The position numbers and the translations under genes are program-made. A stretch of DNA of 62,487 nt, the filler included, from Choristocarpus tenellus KU-1152 (Eukaryota; Protista; Phaeophyceae), in assembly GCA_964200185.2 (NCBI GenBank). It is 9 parts of 9 records of this genome, joined end to end, with 100 filler letters (N's around TTAATTAATTAA, not from the genome) between each part and the next. Parts side by side here need not be neighbours in the genome. Positions count along the whole stretch, not along the records: positions 37,104 to 40,448 come from CAXNAD020020670.1; positions 40,549 to 45,553 come from CAXNAD020012198.1; positions 45,654 to 48,546 come from CAXNAD020023849.1; positions 48,647 to 53,720 come from CAXNAD020011960.1; 5 more parts are not named here. One strand, given 5' to 3'. Of the stretch, positions 37,306 through 48,774 are shown piece by piece. The notes beneath the pieces were generated by a model. That model worked only from the letters and a program-made list of their open reading frames with translations, made no database searches and was not told where the DNA came from. How positions within the stretch are numbered: position 1 is the stretch's first letter; every line of letters starts with the position of its first letter.

Positions 37306-39851
37306 CTTGTTCTGGTTGTACGCAAAGCGAACAGCAGTGGTGTCCGTTAGGAAACCAACTCCTTCCTCTAGCAATAACCCCCACTGCATCTGGCATGCCC
37401 CAAAGCCAGTGATAGATACAGCTTCCACAACCTTACCCTGTGGTGATTAAAGGTATGGTATGGTCGTGCTTTGATTTCTATGATATTTCAAATATATTTT
37501 TTGAAGTAGGGAAGGCTGCAGGGGGATGGCATCCTATTGGCTAAAGCAATATAATTTGAAGGGTAGTATAAGGCATTTCATTTGTGAAAGTGGGTCATTT
37601 TTGTAACATAGATGGCCCCTATCTCTCCATTTTAACATGACCCAATTCATCCTCCATTGGGAAGGAGATAGAACGCAATCAGTTGATACCATGTAGTATC
37701 ATTGAATGTATTAACCGATCAATGTGATGTGACATATCTGTCTCCCAGTGATGTATTACAGGACTTTCAAAAGAAGGACATGAAGGTAACCACTGGCCTA
37801 TGACGACAAGAGAACACAATCTAGTTGGCTTATGACAGCTGAGCTCAAGTCTAACAAGGTGTGCATCACTGCCATGACCTTGCAACAAGTAAAGCAATTA
37901 AAAAACACAATGTTAATTCTGCAATGGCCAATCTCACCACCAGCCTCTCATACAATGAACTCGTTGAGCATGGACCCTCCCTCATGGTATTCATAAAGTA
38001 CAATACTGTAGAGGATCAGTTATTTCCCAGTTCTCTAATCCATGCTACCAGCTTGACCAACTTTTGGCCTATCCGGATCCATTCCGTCATAGATTGCCAT
38101 AGGCTTAGGGTAATACAAGCAAATGTTTTTGGACTGCAAAACGTAGGTCAAAGCTCTTTCATGGACCCAAAATGAGCTGGGGAAATCACCTTGCAAAGGA
38201 CGAGGAGGATATCAAGCAGGATATCAAATAGTACTAATGGGCAGAGGGGAAGGGAGGACCAAGTAAAGCTAAGTGGAGTGGAACGGCATGATCACCCATC
38301 ATGTCATGTGTATTATGCCATGTGGAAGGGCTATCTCTTAAGTCATTGCTCAGGTGAAGAAAGGTTTAGCTATCATATTTTAGTTGGGTGACACCTTCCA
38401 AACAAGTAGAGAGGAAAAACCCCAGTGATGTTCACCTTGATGCACAAGGAAAACATCCATACAGGTGAGATGTAACAGCAGCCAAAATGCTGGAGTAGAA
38501 GTTTCACCAGCACTGATATATTATCAAAACACATACACTCTGAGGCTTAAATAGAAGATCTTGTTGGGTTTCTCAACCACTTCTAATGTGCAGTAGCTCA
38601 GATAACTTAGTGAACGCCCACCTTTTGCATGTGTTGCTCCACCTCACTTTAATTTGATTTGATCACCTCTCTCAACTATAACCCTGGGAGGCAAAAACCT
38701 GTTATGTCCTCACTCGCCTTCAGATCGGTGACATTCTGGATGTCATCTCTCCCCGCTGCTGTGATGATCACCCCACCAAAAGAGTTAAGCTCATTCCCAG
38801 AACGGATTTTTCGAATTGACACCACGGCAGCAACACCATGCTGGCTTTCAAGAACATGAAGGTCAAGGTAAGTCTCAAAGTATCTCGGGGGGGTGGCGAC
38901 TGTCCTTTCGGGACCCATTTTTCTATGTCGCAATTCTTGGGTGATTTGGTTGCGTGCGTCGGATGGGTAATGTAAGTGCACTTCTTCTAGTCAGGGCCCG
39001 AATGGGCACCCTGGTGTAGACCCCCTTCTCCACCCAGATACTTTGAGCCTTAAAAAAGTGACCGGTCCCTTTAAGGCAGAATGACGTTGCTCTATGGAAT
39101 AAGTACCTTGTAAAATCAGTCCAATACACGCAACACACCTGTTCTTGCACGAATAACTGCTAGGGTTTGAGTAGAGAAAGTCGATGGTTCCATTAGTCAC
39201 AGCACCCTCAATATCATCGAAGTCCAGGGGTACAGTTTCAAAGTTTACCCCGAACTTCTTGCCCACAGTATTGTTGAGGTACTCGCTGAAAGTGGGAGCC
39301 ATGTCCGCCAGGAATTCCGGCTTTCCTGAGTGAAACAGTCGAAAAAGAGTACAAATTAGCAACAAGTACCATTCATATTATCGTGCTCCACATCATCCTT
39401 TTGTTTTACTCTTTCCATAGATAGCAGGTAGGCGGATGATGTGGATCAACAACCAGTTGAAGCCAGCTCGATTACTTTTCTTTCATGGCCGACAGTGTAT
39501 ACCCTGCATTGCCGACCATTCCTCATACAATTCAACGAGGATAGTGCGTCAAAGTTGCTCAGAAATACTACTGAAGGAACAGCACATTTGCGACCTTAAA
39601 GGAACTTACCGCAGCATCTATCCCACCTAAGAGAAAGAAATGCATGTGATATCGCGGTCTATTTTTCGGATAGGGTATGAAACATTGCGGTTGAATTTAT
39701 ATCACTCACCAGTAATTGCGAGACCACCGATCTGGTATGTCGTGTTGGCCTCGAAAGTGTAGGTAATACCAGTACTGGCGAAGTGCAAGGTGTACGTCAT
39801 AAAGGGTAGTACTTTGCACAAGGTTTTCCAGCCCAACATTGCTAGGTCCAT
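37306..39851 (-). CDS. Signal-peptide-bearing protein with a PhnD/phosphonate-binding-like (PBP type 2) sensor domain; exons 39851-39710, 39325-39139, 38844-38718, 37437-37306; continues off the contig
   Basis: Spliced product ...YQIGGLAITGKPEFLADMAPTFSEYLN...FETVPLDFDDIEGAVTNGTIDFLYSNPSSYSC...FGGVIITAAGRDDIQNVTDLKGKVVEAVSITGFGACQMQW follows the PhnD/TtrS-type pattern (IGxLA; PTxxYL; IDFxxxNP; GGVI; DLKGK; FGG). Phases are consistent with one GC-AG intron. Confidence 0.82.
38872..39049. mobile_element. MITE-like family A, full copy in reverse orientation, within intron 2 of the PBP gene
   Basis: GTAA|GTCTCAAAGTATC...GATACTTTGAGCC|TTAA. Confidence 0.85.
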
Positions 39852-40963
39852 TGTAAAATACGGCGACACCACGCTGCTGCTCCACAGAGCTTGTGCAGTA
39901 TGTCATCTGATCGTTTGATGCTCGACTTATATTATTGTATTACTCTACTCTTGTTTCAGGCGGTTACATACCGTTTTGAGTTGGGTTTTTATCGAAGTTG
40001 GAAAAGAATAAAGTGGTCTCCTCCCAAATGCAAGTGAGTAAAGTATTTCCTACCTAAGTGAGGATACATAATACAAAAACGACTGCAAAACAAAAACTCT
40101 CCTACTTCCAAGACATTGTTTCAACCCTTTGGTAATAAACCGGAGTCAGACCATAATGAATAGGTGAGGTGGCTCTCCCTTGGCATGGGAGCAACATGTG
40201 TAGATGGAATGAGGGGGTGAGTAGGATATATTTCCAGAATTGGCAAGGTATATCTCCTGTGAACATATACTATCTTGAACGTACCTATTTGTTGGACTTG
40301 CGAAAATTTAATGGAAAGGTTCGAGGTTGTTGAATGCTTGATTAAGCGAGTTGGACATATGGTCAAATCATGTGGTGGAGTGATGATGTGTGTTGCCCAT
40401 TGACCCAAAGTATCTGGGAGGGGGGGGAGGGGGGGGGGGGCTGCAGCANNNNNNNNNNNNNNNNNNNNNNNNNNNNNNNNNNNNNNNNNNNNTTAATTAA
40501 TTAANNNNNNNNNNNNNNNNNNNNNNNNNNNNNNNNNNNNNNNNNNNNCAAATGGACGCGACTCTACCCTCTAAGATACTTTGGCTCTAACCTGAAACCG
40601 CCAACCAGGAAATGTGTACCTTGCAGGGTGTATCTTTTTTACTATTGTTGGTGACAGATGATGTGAGTGTATAATTGCAGCAATGAAAAAGTCAGATTAT
40701 GTGTCCCCCTCTAAAAGGATATCTACTTTGAACACAATCCTGCTACTGTGAAGCATCCGTCTCTGCTGATGGTTTGCTTGCTTGAGCTTTGTCTCCATAT
40801 GCTGGCCCCGTCTGCCGTGCTCTTCCATGGACCAATCTTCATGGCCTCTCTCCTTACATAGTCTTCTTCGCATATACTACCCACATGGCATCTTCTACCT
40901 TGAGCTCTGCATCGTAGTTGATATGCCGAGCTCCTATGCCCTCCTCCTGAGGGAATTGGGTCG

Positions 40964-41070
40964 CTCTATCTTTCATCTCTTGAATCATCTCTTGAATCAT
41001 CTCTTGAATCATCTCTTGAATCATCTCTATCTTTCATCTCTTGAATCATCTCTTGAATCATCTCTTGAAT
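40964..41070. repeat. 12-bp minisatellite (CATCTCTTGAAT)n in a two-block higher-order arrangement
   Basis: CTCTATCTTT + 4 units, then CTCTATCTTT + 3 units, read directly. Confidence 0.9.
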
Positions 41071-41238
41071 GTTTTTGCCATACCCAGACAATTCTTACGA
41101 CTTCTATCTGTCCCTCTCCCTGCAATTAATGTCCTCATTCTGCAATGAAGGGGTGGTAGGGTGAGGGGATCTCTCTACTACAAAATGTTTGCTGATAAAT
41201 ACTTGCACCATGTTTTTTACAGTGGGGGTATGACTCAC

Positions 41239-41848
41239 CGTTCGCCTTGGCTCCAGGGTACTCTGGGAGAGGCGTTGGAGATGGGCTCTGGCTCCAGCAG
41301 CAGTGACAGCAAGGCAGCTGGGAGATGATAAAGTTGGGACAATGGCAGTAGTATATATGCAAGATAAATATACAAAGAAAGACTTAGAGTGCAGCAGTAA
41401 GCAGGCAGAGGAGAATGCGATCATTGATGTAGTTGCCACACAACTTGTTGGAGACATGGTGTGTGTTAAAAGACTCGTTAATAGTGTGTGTTAAAAGCAG
41501 TTCTAATACTGAAGGGGTGGGGGTGGGNNNNNNNNNAAAAGACTGTTTAGTGGTGGGTGTAAAGAGCGTTTTAAATGGGAAGGGGGGGGGGGGGGGGGGG
41601 AGTATCAGTGCTCATATGCTATATTGGAAAAATCGAACATTATTATGATTATCATTATGCATTGGATATTTGTGAAGTGTGCGAGGTTATTTTTTCCAAT
41701 TATTGCGTTGGTATTTTTTGTCATGATGTCTACTATACCACTTCACCTATTTGTTGTTATTACTAGTACTACTACTGCCACTACCACTATTCTTCTTCTT
41801 CTTCTTCTTCTTCTTCATATTATATTATTATTATTATTGTTGTTGGTG

Positions 41849-41942
<94 letters not shown>

Positions 41943-44462
41943 GGGAGATATGGAGGCGGAAAACTTGAGAAAGAGTGTTCAGTTGGTAGGATATCGTACC
42001 CATGCTCATTATTCGATATTCCTGCCACCCTTGTGATATCAGTTGTGCTGCGGTCAAGCTGGGAAACGAAGACTCCAGACAGGTAACTTAAGCAGAACAG
42101 ATAACCCCCCACCATTCCTAGAACCAATTGGCGACCCAGAGGGTCCAGGCAGGCACTGCATTTTAGTTTCCAGTAGCAAGCAACAACCATGCAAAGAAGA
42201 CAAGGAGACAGACATAAATGGTTCATAGGGATGGTAAGGACAAGGTTCAAGTTCATTTCACATGTACTATGCGGAGTAGAGGACAAAATGTACCTGCAGG
42301 GCATTTTTTCATAACACAGTGAGTCAAAGTAAATGAGAGGCACCCAGGGTTGCATTTTAAGGATGCTGACAAATGTGAACAAATCTCAACTTTTTTTTTG
42401 CTATAATTGGGTGTTAAATATTTTCTGAGCTGTGTCAAAATTATCAAACATAGAGATACAAGCGCTCTCAAGTCAAACTTAGTACTTCATCCCTAGAAAT
42501 ATGAGTAAATTGCCGAAGATTAAAAAAAGACTTTACGTGCAAAACAGCCAAAACCTGGGTACCTCTCCTTTACTTTGGCTCAGTACTTCTGAGGACTATG
42601 TAGCGTATGAAAATACTATACTACTACACTCCAGAGTACCTTGTGAGGTCACAACTAGAAAAGTGCACTCTATGATTTATCCCTGGGTTAGGGTTAGGGT
42701 TAGGTACACGTCACACATGTCACAACTTAGCAACACTTCCTGATTTTGTCAAGACTATCTTGTATCCTTTTCTCCAACTTCCCTTTGGAGTTATCGCTTT
42801 GTTGTGTACCACTCGTTGGCTTGCTTGGGTTGTGTTTGGTGACGATATTGGATGAAGTGTAATGGACTGGAGGCTTGGAGCTAGTTCACTCCCTTTCATT
42901 TTTTGGGTGTTCGTGAAGAACCGTGGAGTGTAATGTGCATGCAGTGCACGATAAAACAACTATGTAGTGTACATAATGGTCCCACCATGTTATCTCTGGT
43001 GATCTCCTGCGATCATTGTTGTATTGTAGTCCCTTGCCCTTTCTCATCGCCCCAATATGCAAGCCCTTGCCATGACGAAGTTGATCTTTGGGCAAGTCAG
43101 CTTGAGTAGTTGTGCTGGGTAGTGGAGGGATCCCATACGCCCTTGTGAGCTTACCTTGGTGGCCATGGATGCAGGGGGTGAGATAGGGACGGAGGGCAAC
43201 AACATGCAATCACTTCGTAGTGGTAGTTTCAAGAGTTGCTTGACTTCGAAGATGATAAAAAAATTTAACATGTGAAGGTTTTATTTGCCTGGATCGTTAT
43301 GTGGACATGTGAGGGTTGGAATCAACCTGTGGACTATGGGTCATGTATACATTTGAGGGTTGGGAGGGGGCGTAAGAGAGAGGGAGAGGAAGAGGGGTAT
43401 CATGCCCTACTGCCCCACTTGATAAGGCATAAGATCCCAGCTTTATTCATATTGAAAAAATTCCTTGACCGAGGGAGCTCTGGTTAGGGTTTCTATTATT
43501 GGGAAGTCCGCGCTTGTTTTGACTTCCGGATAATATATTGTTCAATCTTTATTTTTTTCGGTTCTTCTTTTTGAAGAAATGAGCCTAATTTCACAGAGGT
43601 AGTTGCTAAAATGACATTGGAATAGACTCCTTCAAAGTACAATTCAGGCATGTTCAGCATCCACCCAAAATGTTTGGAGTCTGTTCTTCTATCATGCAGG
43701 TGCTGTGTAAGCCTGATGAAGGTGCTTTCCATGCCGTAAAAACGAACCTGTTCTAGCATCCCAGAGCTTGATGCCTGTGGCTGTGATGGTGCTGAATGTG
43801 CCACTTTGATAGTGGTATAATACATCCAGCGTCTGAAAGGAGAACAAACAAAGATATTGAATGAATAGACATGCAAGTCTATTTTGAGCAATGCTCGTCC
43901 AAACTATTGTATCTTTTGATGTTCCTCTCTCATACATACTTGTGTGCTTTCACACATGACACTCATTGGATATTTGTTCTTTGTGGAGACAAAAAGAAAG
44001 TGGGCATCCTATTCTTTCTGTGTTGCCAGTAGCACTACTACCTGGGCCTGACAGTCCATCCATACATCAGTGTCTCCATTGGTTCTGGGTGTTGAGGTTC
44101 TCTTGTAAGTTTGTAGTACTTATGGTGGTTTCAAAAGCTGGAGAAAGAAGCAACAACGACATTTTAGCATTTAATGAACAACCTAGAGCCATCACCAACA
44201 GCAGAAGCAGAAGATAGCTATAGGATAAATCATACCTCAAATATAATCTATACCACAAAAAGAGATACCTGTACATGTGGCTCACCTGGTCACTGTCCGT
44301 CATGTTGCCCCCCTCCCCTGCTTTCCTGTTCTTATAGAGAACCACCTCTGCACCACGGCTCACAAGGAGTTGACTTGTGTCCCCCTCAAACAGGCAAAGG
44401 TCGCTCACAACATCACTTTTGGCTTTGTTGCCCTGGTTTGACCGTGTGGCAAGGGTCTTGAC
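41239..44462 (-). CDS. WD40-repeat protein, internal part (possibly WDR49/EFCAB8-like); exons 44462-44286, 43832-43748, 43154-42986, 42155-42000, 41317-41239, possibly more toward ~40899
   Basis: Spliced product includes DQTLDVLYHYQSGTFSTITATGIKLWDARTG|KLTRAY and EIT|CACLDPLGRQLVLGMVGGYLFCLSYLSG; all four introns are GT-AG and in phase. Subfamily assignment is tentative. Confidence 0.8.
41790..41939. repeat. Compound microsatellite (TTC)n-(TTA)n in a WD40 intron
   Basis: Seen directly; explains the poly-L, poly-Y and poly-N spurious ORFs. Confidence 0.95.
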
Positions 44463-44968
44463 CTGGTGGAGGGGATGGCAAGATTGGTATCATGATGCAA
44501 GAAATAGTACTAATAGGGATACTACCTAATTCTAATAAGAATACATACACTAATGAAAATATCATACCAAGGATCAGAGGAAAAGGACAATTGGTAGGGA
44601 AAATTGACTGTGCTGGCTACATGTGACATGTGCTCTACCATAAGCCGTCCATTGCTTTGGTGTGAATAACATGTTGTGAGATTGCAAGAAATTTCTTTTG
44701 GTGGTTAGAATGAAGGTTTTGATGGTTGATGATGGATATATTCCTTTTGAGGCTAGGGATCATAGAGCCCAAAATTCAGAATTGAAAATGAATTGATCGA
44801 GGGCTGTTGAGGTACAGGACTGTAGTAGAGATCTACATGAGCCACAGCGAGGTAGAGGGTCATTATCAATCAAGCTGCTTCTATATTCATGCATTTTATC
44901 TGTAACTGATTTGGAAAATATTGAGAGACTCCTCACCGCACCCTTGACAATAGATATGAACACCTTTG

Positions 44969-45553
44969 CAGTCAAAGTATCTTAGAGGGTAGAGCCGCGT
45001 CCATTTGGGGGCCAAAACCCAATGTTCTTATTTTCATGTAATTTTGGTTATCGTGTTTGTTAGGACGAGTCAATATCCTTGTTCCGGACACACCTTTTCA
45101 TAATGTGTACATTTTACCTACTTCGAAAGTAGCGATGTCAAAATCGAACCTTGGTTATGTGGTATGCCATCACATGTTATTTTTCCTTGCCAGCTTCCTT
45201 TGCTCTGATGCAAAAGGGTTTGACCCAAAGCATGTACGAGGGTAGGGCCGCGTCCATTCGGAGTCATATATCCAATGTTGTGATTTTGATGCAGTTTTGA
45301 CTATCCTGTTTGTTGACAAGTGCCAATATCCTTACTCTGGACACACCTTTCATATTCGTATACATTTTACCTGCTCCAAAATGTTTCTGTGTGCACACAG
45401 AAAGCCGAAATAGGGTATAATAAACCTGTGAGAAGCCAAACCCCAAACGGACAAACAGGGTAAAATCCTATCCTCTTAAATGCTACGGATCAATTTTTCA
45501 CATGCATTTATTTGGGGAGAAATTAGACCCAAAGTATCTGGGAGGGAGGGGGG
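44969..45553. mobile_element. MITE cluster: hybrid A-end/B-core copy (44969-~45130), full family B copy (45238-45475), family A left end (45526-45553)
   Basis: GTCAAAGTATCTTAGAGGGTAGAGCCGCGTCCATTTGGG; GAGGGTAGGG...CCTATCCTC|TTAA; GACCCAAAGTATCTGGG. Confidence 0.8.
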
Positions 45554-46070
45554 NNNNNNNNNNNNNNNNNNNNNNNNNNNNNNNNNNNNNNNNNNNNTTA
45601 ATTAATTAANNNNNNNNNNNNNNNNNNNNNNNNNNNNNNNNNNNNNNNNNNNNGTCATAAAAGGGGCCCTTCTAAGTGCAAATACAGTCGAAAAAAAAAC
45701 CTTTCGGTACTTTTTCAAGACCGTTTTCGCAGAACAACCATCCTCATAGTCCATCCTCAATTTTGCGAATCCCCTGTTATATCCTTAGAAAATACGTACC
45801 TACACAGGTCGACACGATAGAGTTTTCTACTCTAACATCAGTATGATAAGTGTATTGGAGATGAACCGAACAAACCGATGAGAACTGTCAATAATCGAAA
45901 CCGTTCTTAACCCTCACCACAAAGACTATCATATCCTTGTAACTTCGTTGTGGTGATCACTCCACCATAATATTTACCCTTGTTGTGGAACCCTATAGGA
46001 GACAAAACACACCACACAATCGTGACCATCCCCTTACTTCTTTCTTGCCGTAGAGGTTGATTAGCGACGC

Positions 46071-47686
46071 ATGATCAGAAACAGCATGGGTGTGGGGAAA
46101 CGGGTTGGAGTGACCCTTATTGGCTTTCTTGCTCGGACGACCTTCGTCTCTGCTCGTCCTTCTTGGTTCCGACACGATGCAGGCGCCGGACTGGGCGTGC
46201 GAGGTGGTGCAACGATTCCACAGAGCAGTGACGACCCTGGCCCATTGAGCCACCTCCCCGGCATAGACGTGCGTATCACCCAGTTCGTACCCAATAGAGC
46301 TATATGTTGTCATTGAAGTAGATGTTATTGAAGTGTGTCCTTACATTGAAATATAGAATATGCCTGCTCACCACTATCCTATGCTTGCCCCGCTGTAGGG
46401 ATGAGGTGCATTAGTCAGCATGTCTTTCCTCTTGGTGCTTGGGAAGGTGTTTCTCGTGATCTGCTCTGTCACCTCAAGGCGTATAATGTCTTCTTGATCA
46501 CACTAAAATTGACTAAGAGTTGCCAAACTCGCGATCAAACGTAGAATTCATGGCTACGGGACACTCCTAGTGAATTCCTTGTCTTCATAATATCGTGTTC
46601 GTCATTGCGAATACAACACCAAAGTACGAAATCCATCACGAACCCCCTCTCATTCAACTACCCAATTCGAGCCCCCTCCACCCTTCCCACCCCTCTCCTA
46701 ATTCGCTTATGCAGCCGACACTATTGACCATTGAAAGGAACTCTTCTCCGAAGGAGAAGCCCGCTAAAGAATCTCTAGTGTTCGGGAATACCTTCACGGA
46801 CCACATGCTCTACGTAGACTGGGACTTGGCAAATGGATGGAACACCCCCAAGATCGTTCCCTACGGCAACCTAGACATCAGTCCCGCTGCATCTTCCCTC
46901 CACTATGGGCTCCAAGTAAGATATTCCAACATGGATACAGATGGAAAGGTTATGAGCGTGCGTTCTATTATGAAGGTACCTAATCTTCTGGTCATCAAGT
47001 TCGGCTTGCAATCCTGTTGTACCTCGTATGGGGTCAATCCCTACCCCATCTTTTGTTCGCTATTTTGAATCTCTGCACCCGGCAGTGCTTCGAAGGGATG
47101 AAAGCATACCGGGGAGTCGATGGCACTGTGCGTCTCTTCCGGCCGGACCTCAATATGCAACGCCTCAACACATCTATGAAGCGTCTACGCTTTCCTCCCG
47201 TTGATGAGGCTGCTATGGTAGAGCTCATCAGGTGATTTGAAAATGATGGGAAAAAAAGAATGGTGGTAAGTTTTGACGTGGTTGATAAGTAGGATCTTTG
47301 AGATTTTAAGAAGCGATGGAGAAGTGATGCATTGCTATTTTGAAAAACTTCAAAAAGGAGACGCCTCCAGCCTGCCTACCTTCACCTTACACAGAAGCAG
47401 GCCCATCCGATCAGGCAAATCTTGGCATTGATGTATTTTGGATCTTACCTAAATCTTCCGGGATGAAGCCTTCATCACACACACACATACACACACTGAC
47501 ATCCTTTGACATTTGCAGGCACTTCCCCCTTCCCCCCTCTGTGTGTAACAATCATGTGGAACTTGTAAATCTGCAACGGGATGAATATATTATTACTTCA
47601 GCAAGCTTGTGCTTGCTGATGCTGACTGGATACCTGAGGGACGGGGCTATTCCCTTTACATCCGACCAACTGCTGTCAGCACATGT
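46071..47686 (+). CDS. BCAT: Branched-chain amino acid aminotransferase (class IV PLP), 5' part; exons 46071-46268, 46715-46915, 47086-47231, 47602-47686
   Basis: LVFGNTFTDHML, PYGNLDISPAASSLHYGLQ|CFEGMKAY, LFRPDLNMQRL and SLYIRPT motifs; phases consistent; start could be 46071 or the second Met. Confidence 0.93.
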
Positions 47687-48774
47687 GTGAGTGTCCATTA
47701 TTTTCTTCTGGGTACCATTGTTGTTTTTTCTAGAGTCAAGAACTAGGAGGAGCACAACGTAACCCTGTCTTCACCCTTGTCGAATTTCCTCCACCAAGGA
47801 GAAGTGTGGTGAAGAGATCTAGCATGAAGTGAGCATCACCTTTTGTATTGACGGCAGAAGAAAGAGAGAGAGAGAGAGAGAGTTCAGTAGTTTGTGTTCA
47901 CTGGATCAGATAACCAAGTAGATGTAGTGAATATTAGGTGCAGTCTGTTCTAAATCTATAGTGTGTAATTCATTGGTTGTACTTCCGTGGCATGCAGGTA
48001 TGACTTTATGCTTTGCCTTTTCAGCATTGAGAGCTGACTCTCTTGCACTATCCATTTTTTTTGCCGACTTTCAATAAATACCAAACCCACCCTGTTTTCA
48101 GCAATACCAAACTGTGCCATCGAAATGCAGGTACGACGGAGTGCTATTGCCACAAAAGTACCAGGGTGTCAGACAGTGCACCTTTCAGTTGTTCTCATTC
48201 ACACGAGTTGAAAGCGAACGTGATACGTTTCCTTTTTTTTTTTTGATTTTTTTGTCCTCGGAAGAGGGTGTGCAGCGTGCAACCACACTGCGTTTGAAAC
48301 GTGCTCACCCTAACCCTAACCCTTATTTTGGAGGCGTTACTGTGCTGCAGACTCGATAGCGGCAGCACGGTTTAGGACGGTAGTGGAGGAACAGCAACGG
48401 CGACAAAGATGAATAGTAATCGGGGGAGTTGCAAAGCGAGGAGGCTTCTTTCTCCTATATTTCTGCCGTTTGAATCGTGTTTCTTTTTGCACAGCCGAAG
48501 GGTATCACGTAATTTCTCTTTTTTCAAAAAAAGTTGTGTGGGGGGGNNNNNNNNNNNNNNNNNNNNNNNNNNNNNNNNNNNNNNNNNNNNTTAATTAATT
48601 AANNNNNNNNNNNNNNNNNNNNNNNNNNNNNNNNNNNNNNNNNNNNCCCCCTCCCCCCCTCCCCCCCAAGCCAGGCACCTGAACCCTACTTGCAAATCCG
48701 TTCACCCCTCCACCCACAATGATGTTATCCCATGTCTGCTTTATGCAATGTTTGTCTACTATATATTAACATAG

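Noticed and set aside
39610-39626. 17-nt microexon with good splice signals in PBP intron 1
   Set aside because: Direct exon 1 to exon 2 splicing already gives the expected motif spacing; inclusion shifts phase at the main acceptor.
36443-39851. PBP sensor exons plus downstream kinase as one receptor kinase
   Set aside because: They are separated by an artificial spacer; the kinase is CaMK-type, decayed and has no TM link.
41624-42086. Poly-L, poly-Y and poly-N ORFs
   Set aside because: Translations of the (TTA)n microsatellite.
43496-43891. 131-aa minus-strand ORF as a standalone gene
   Set aside because: The WD40 exon at 43832-43748 uses a different frame that fits neighbouring exons.
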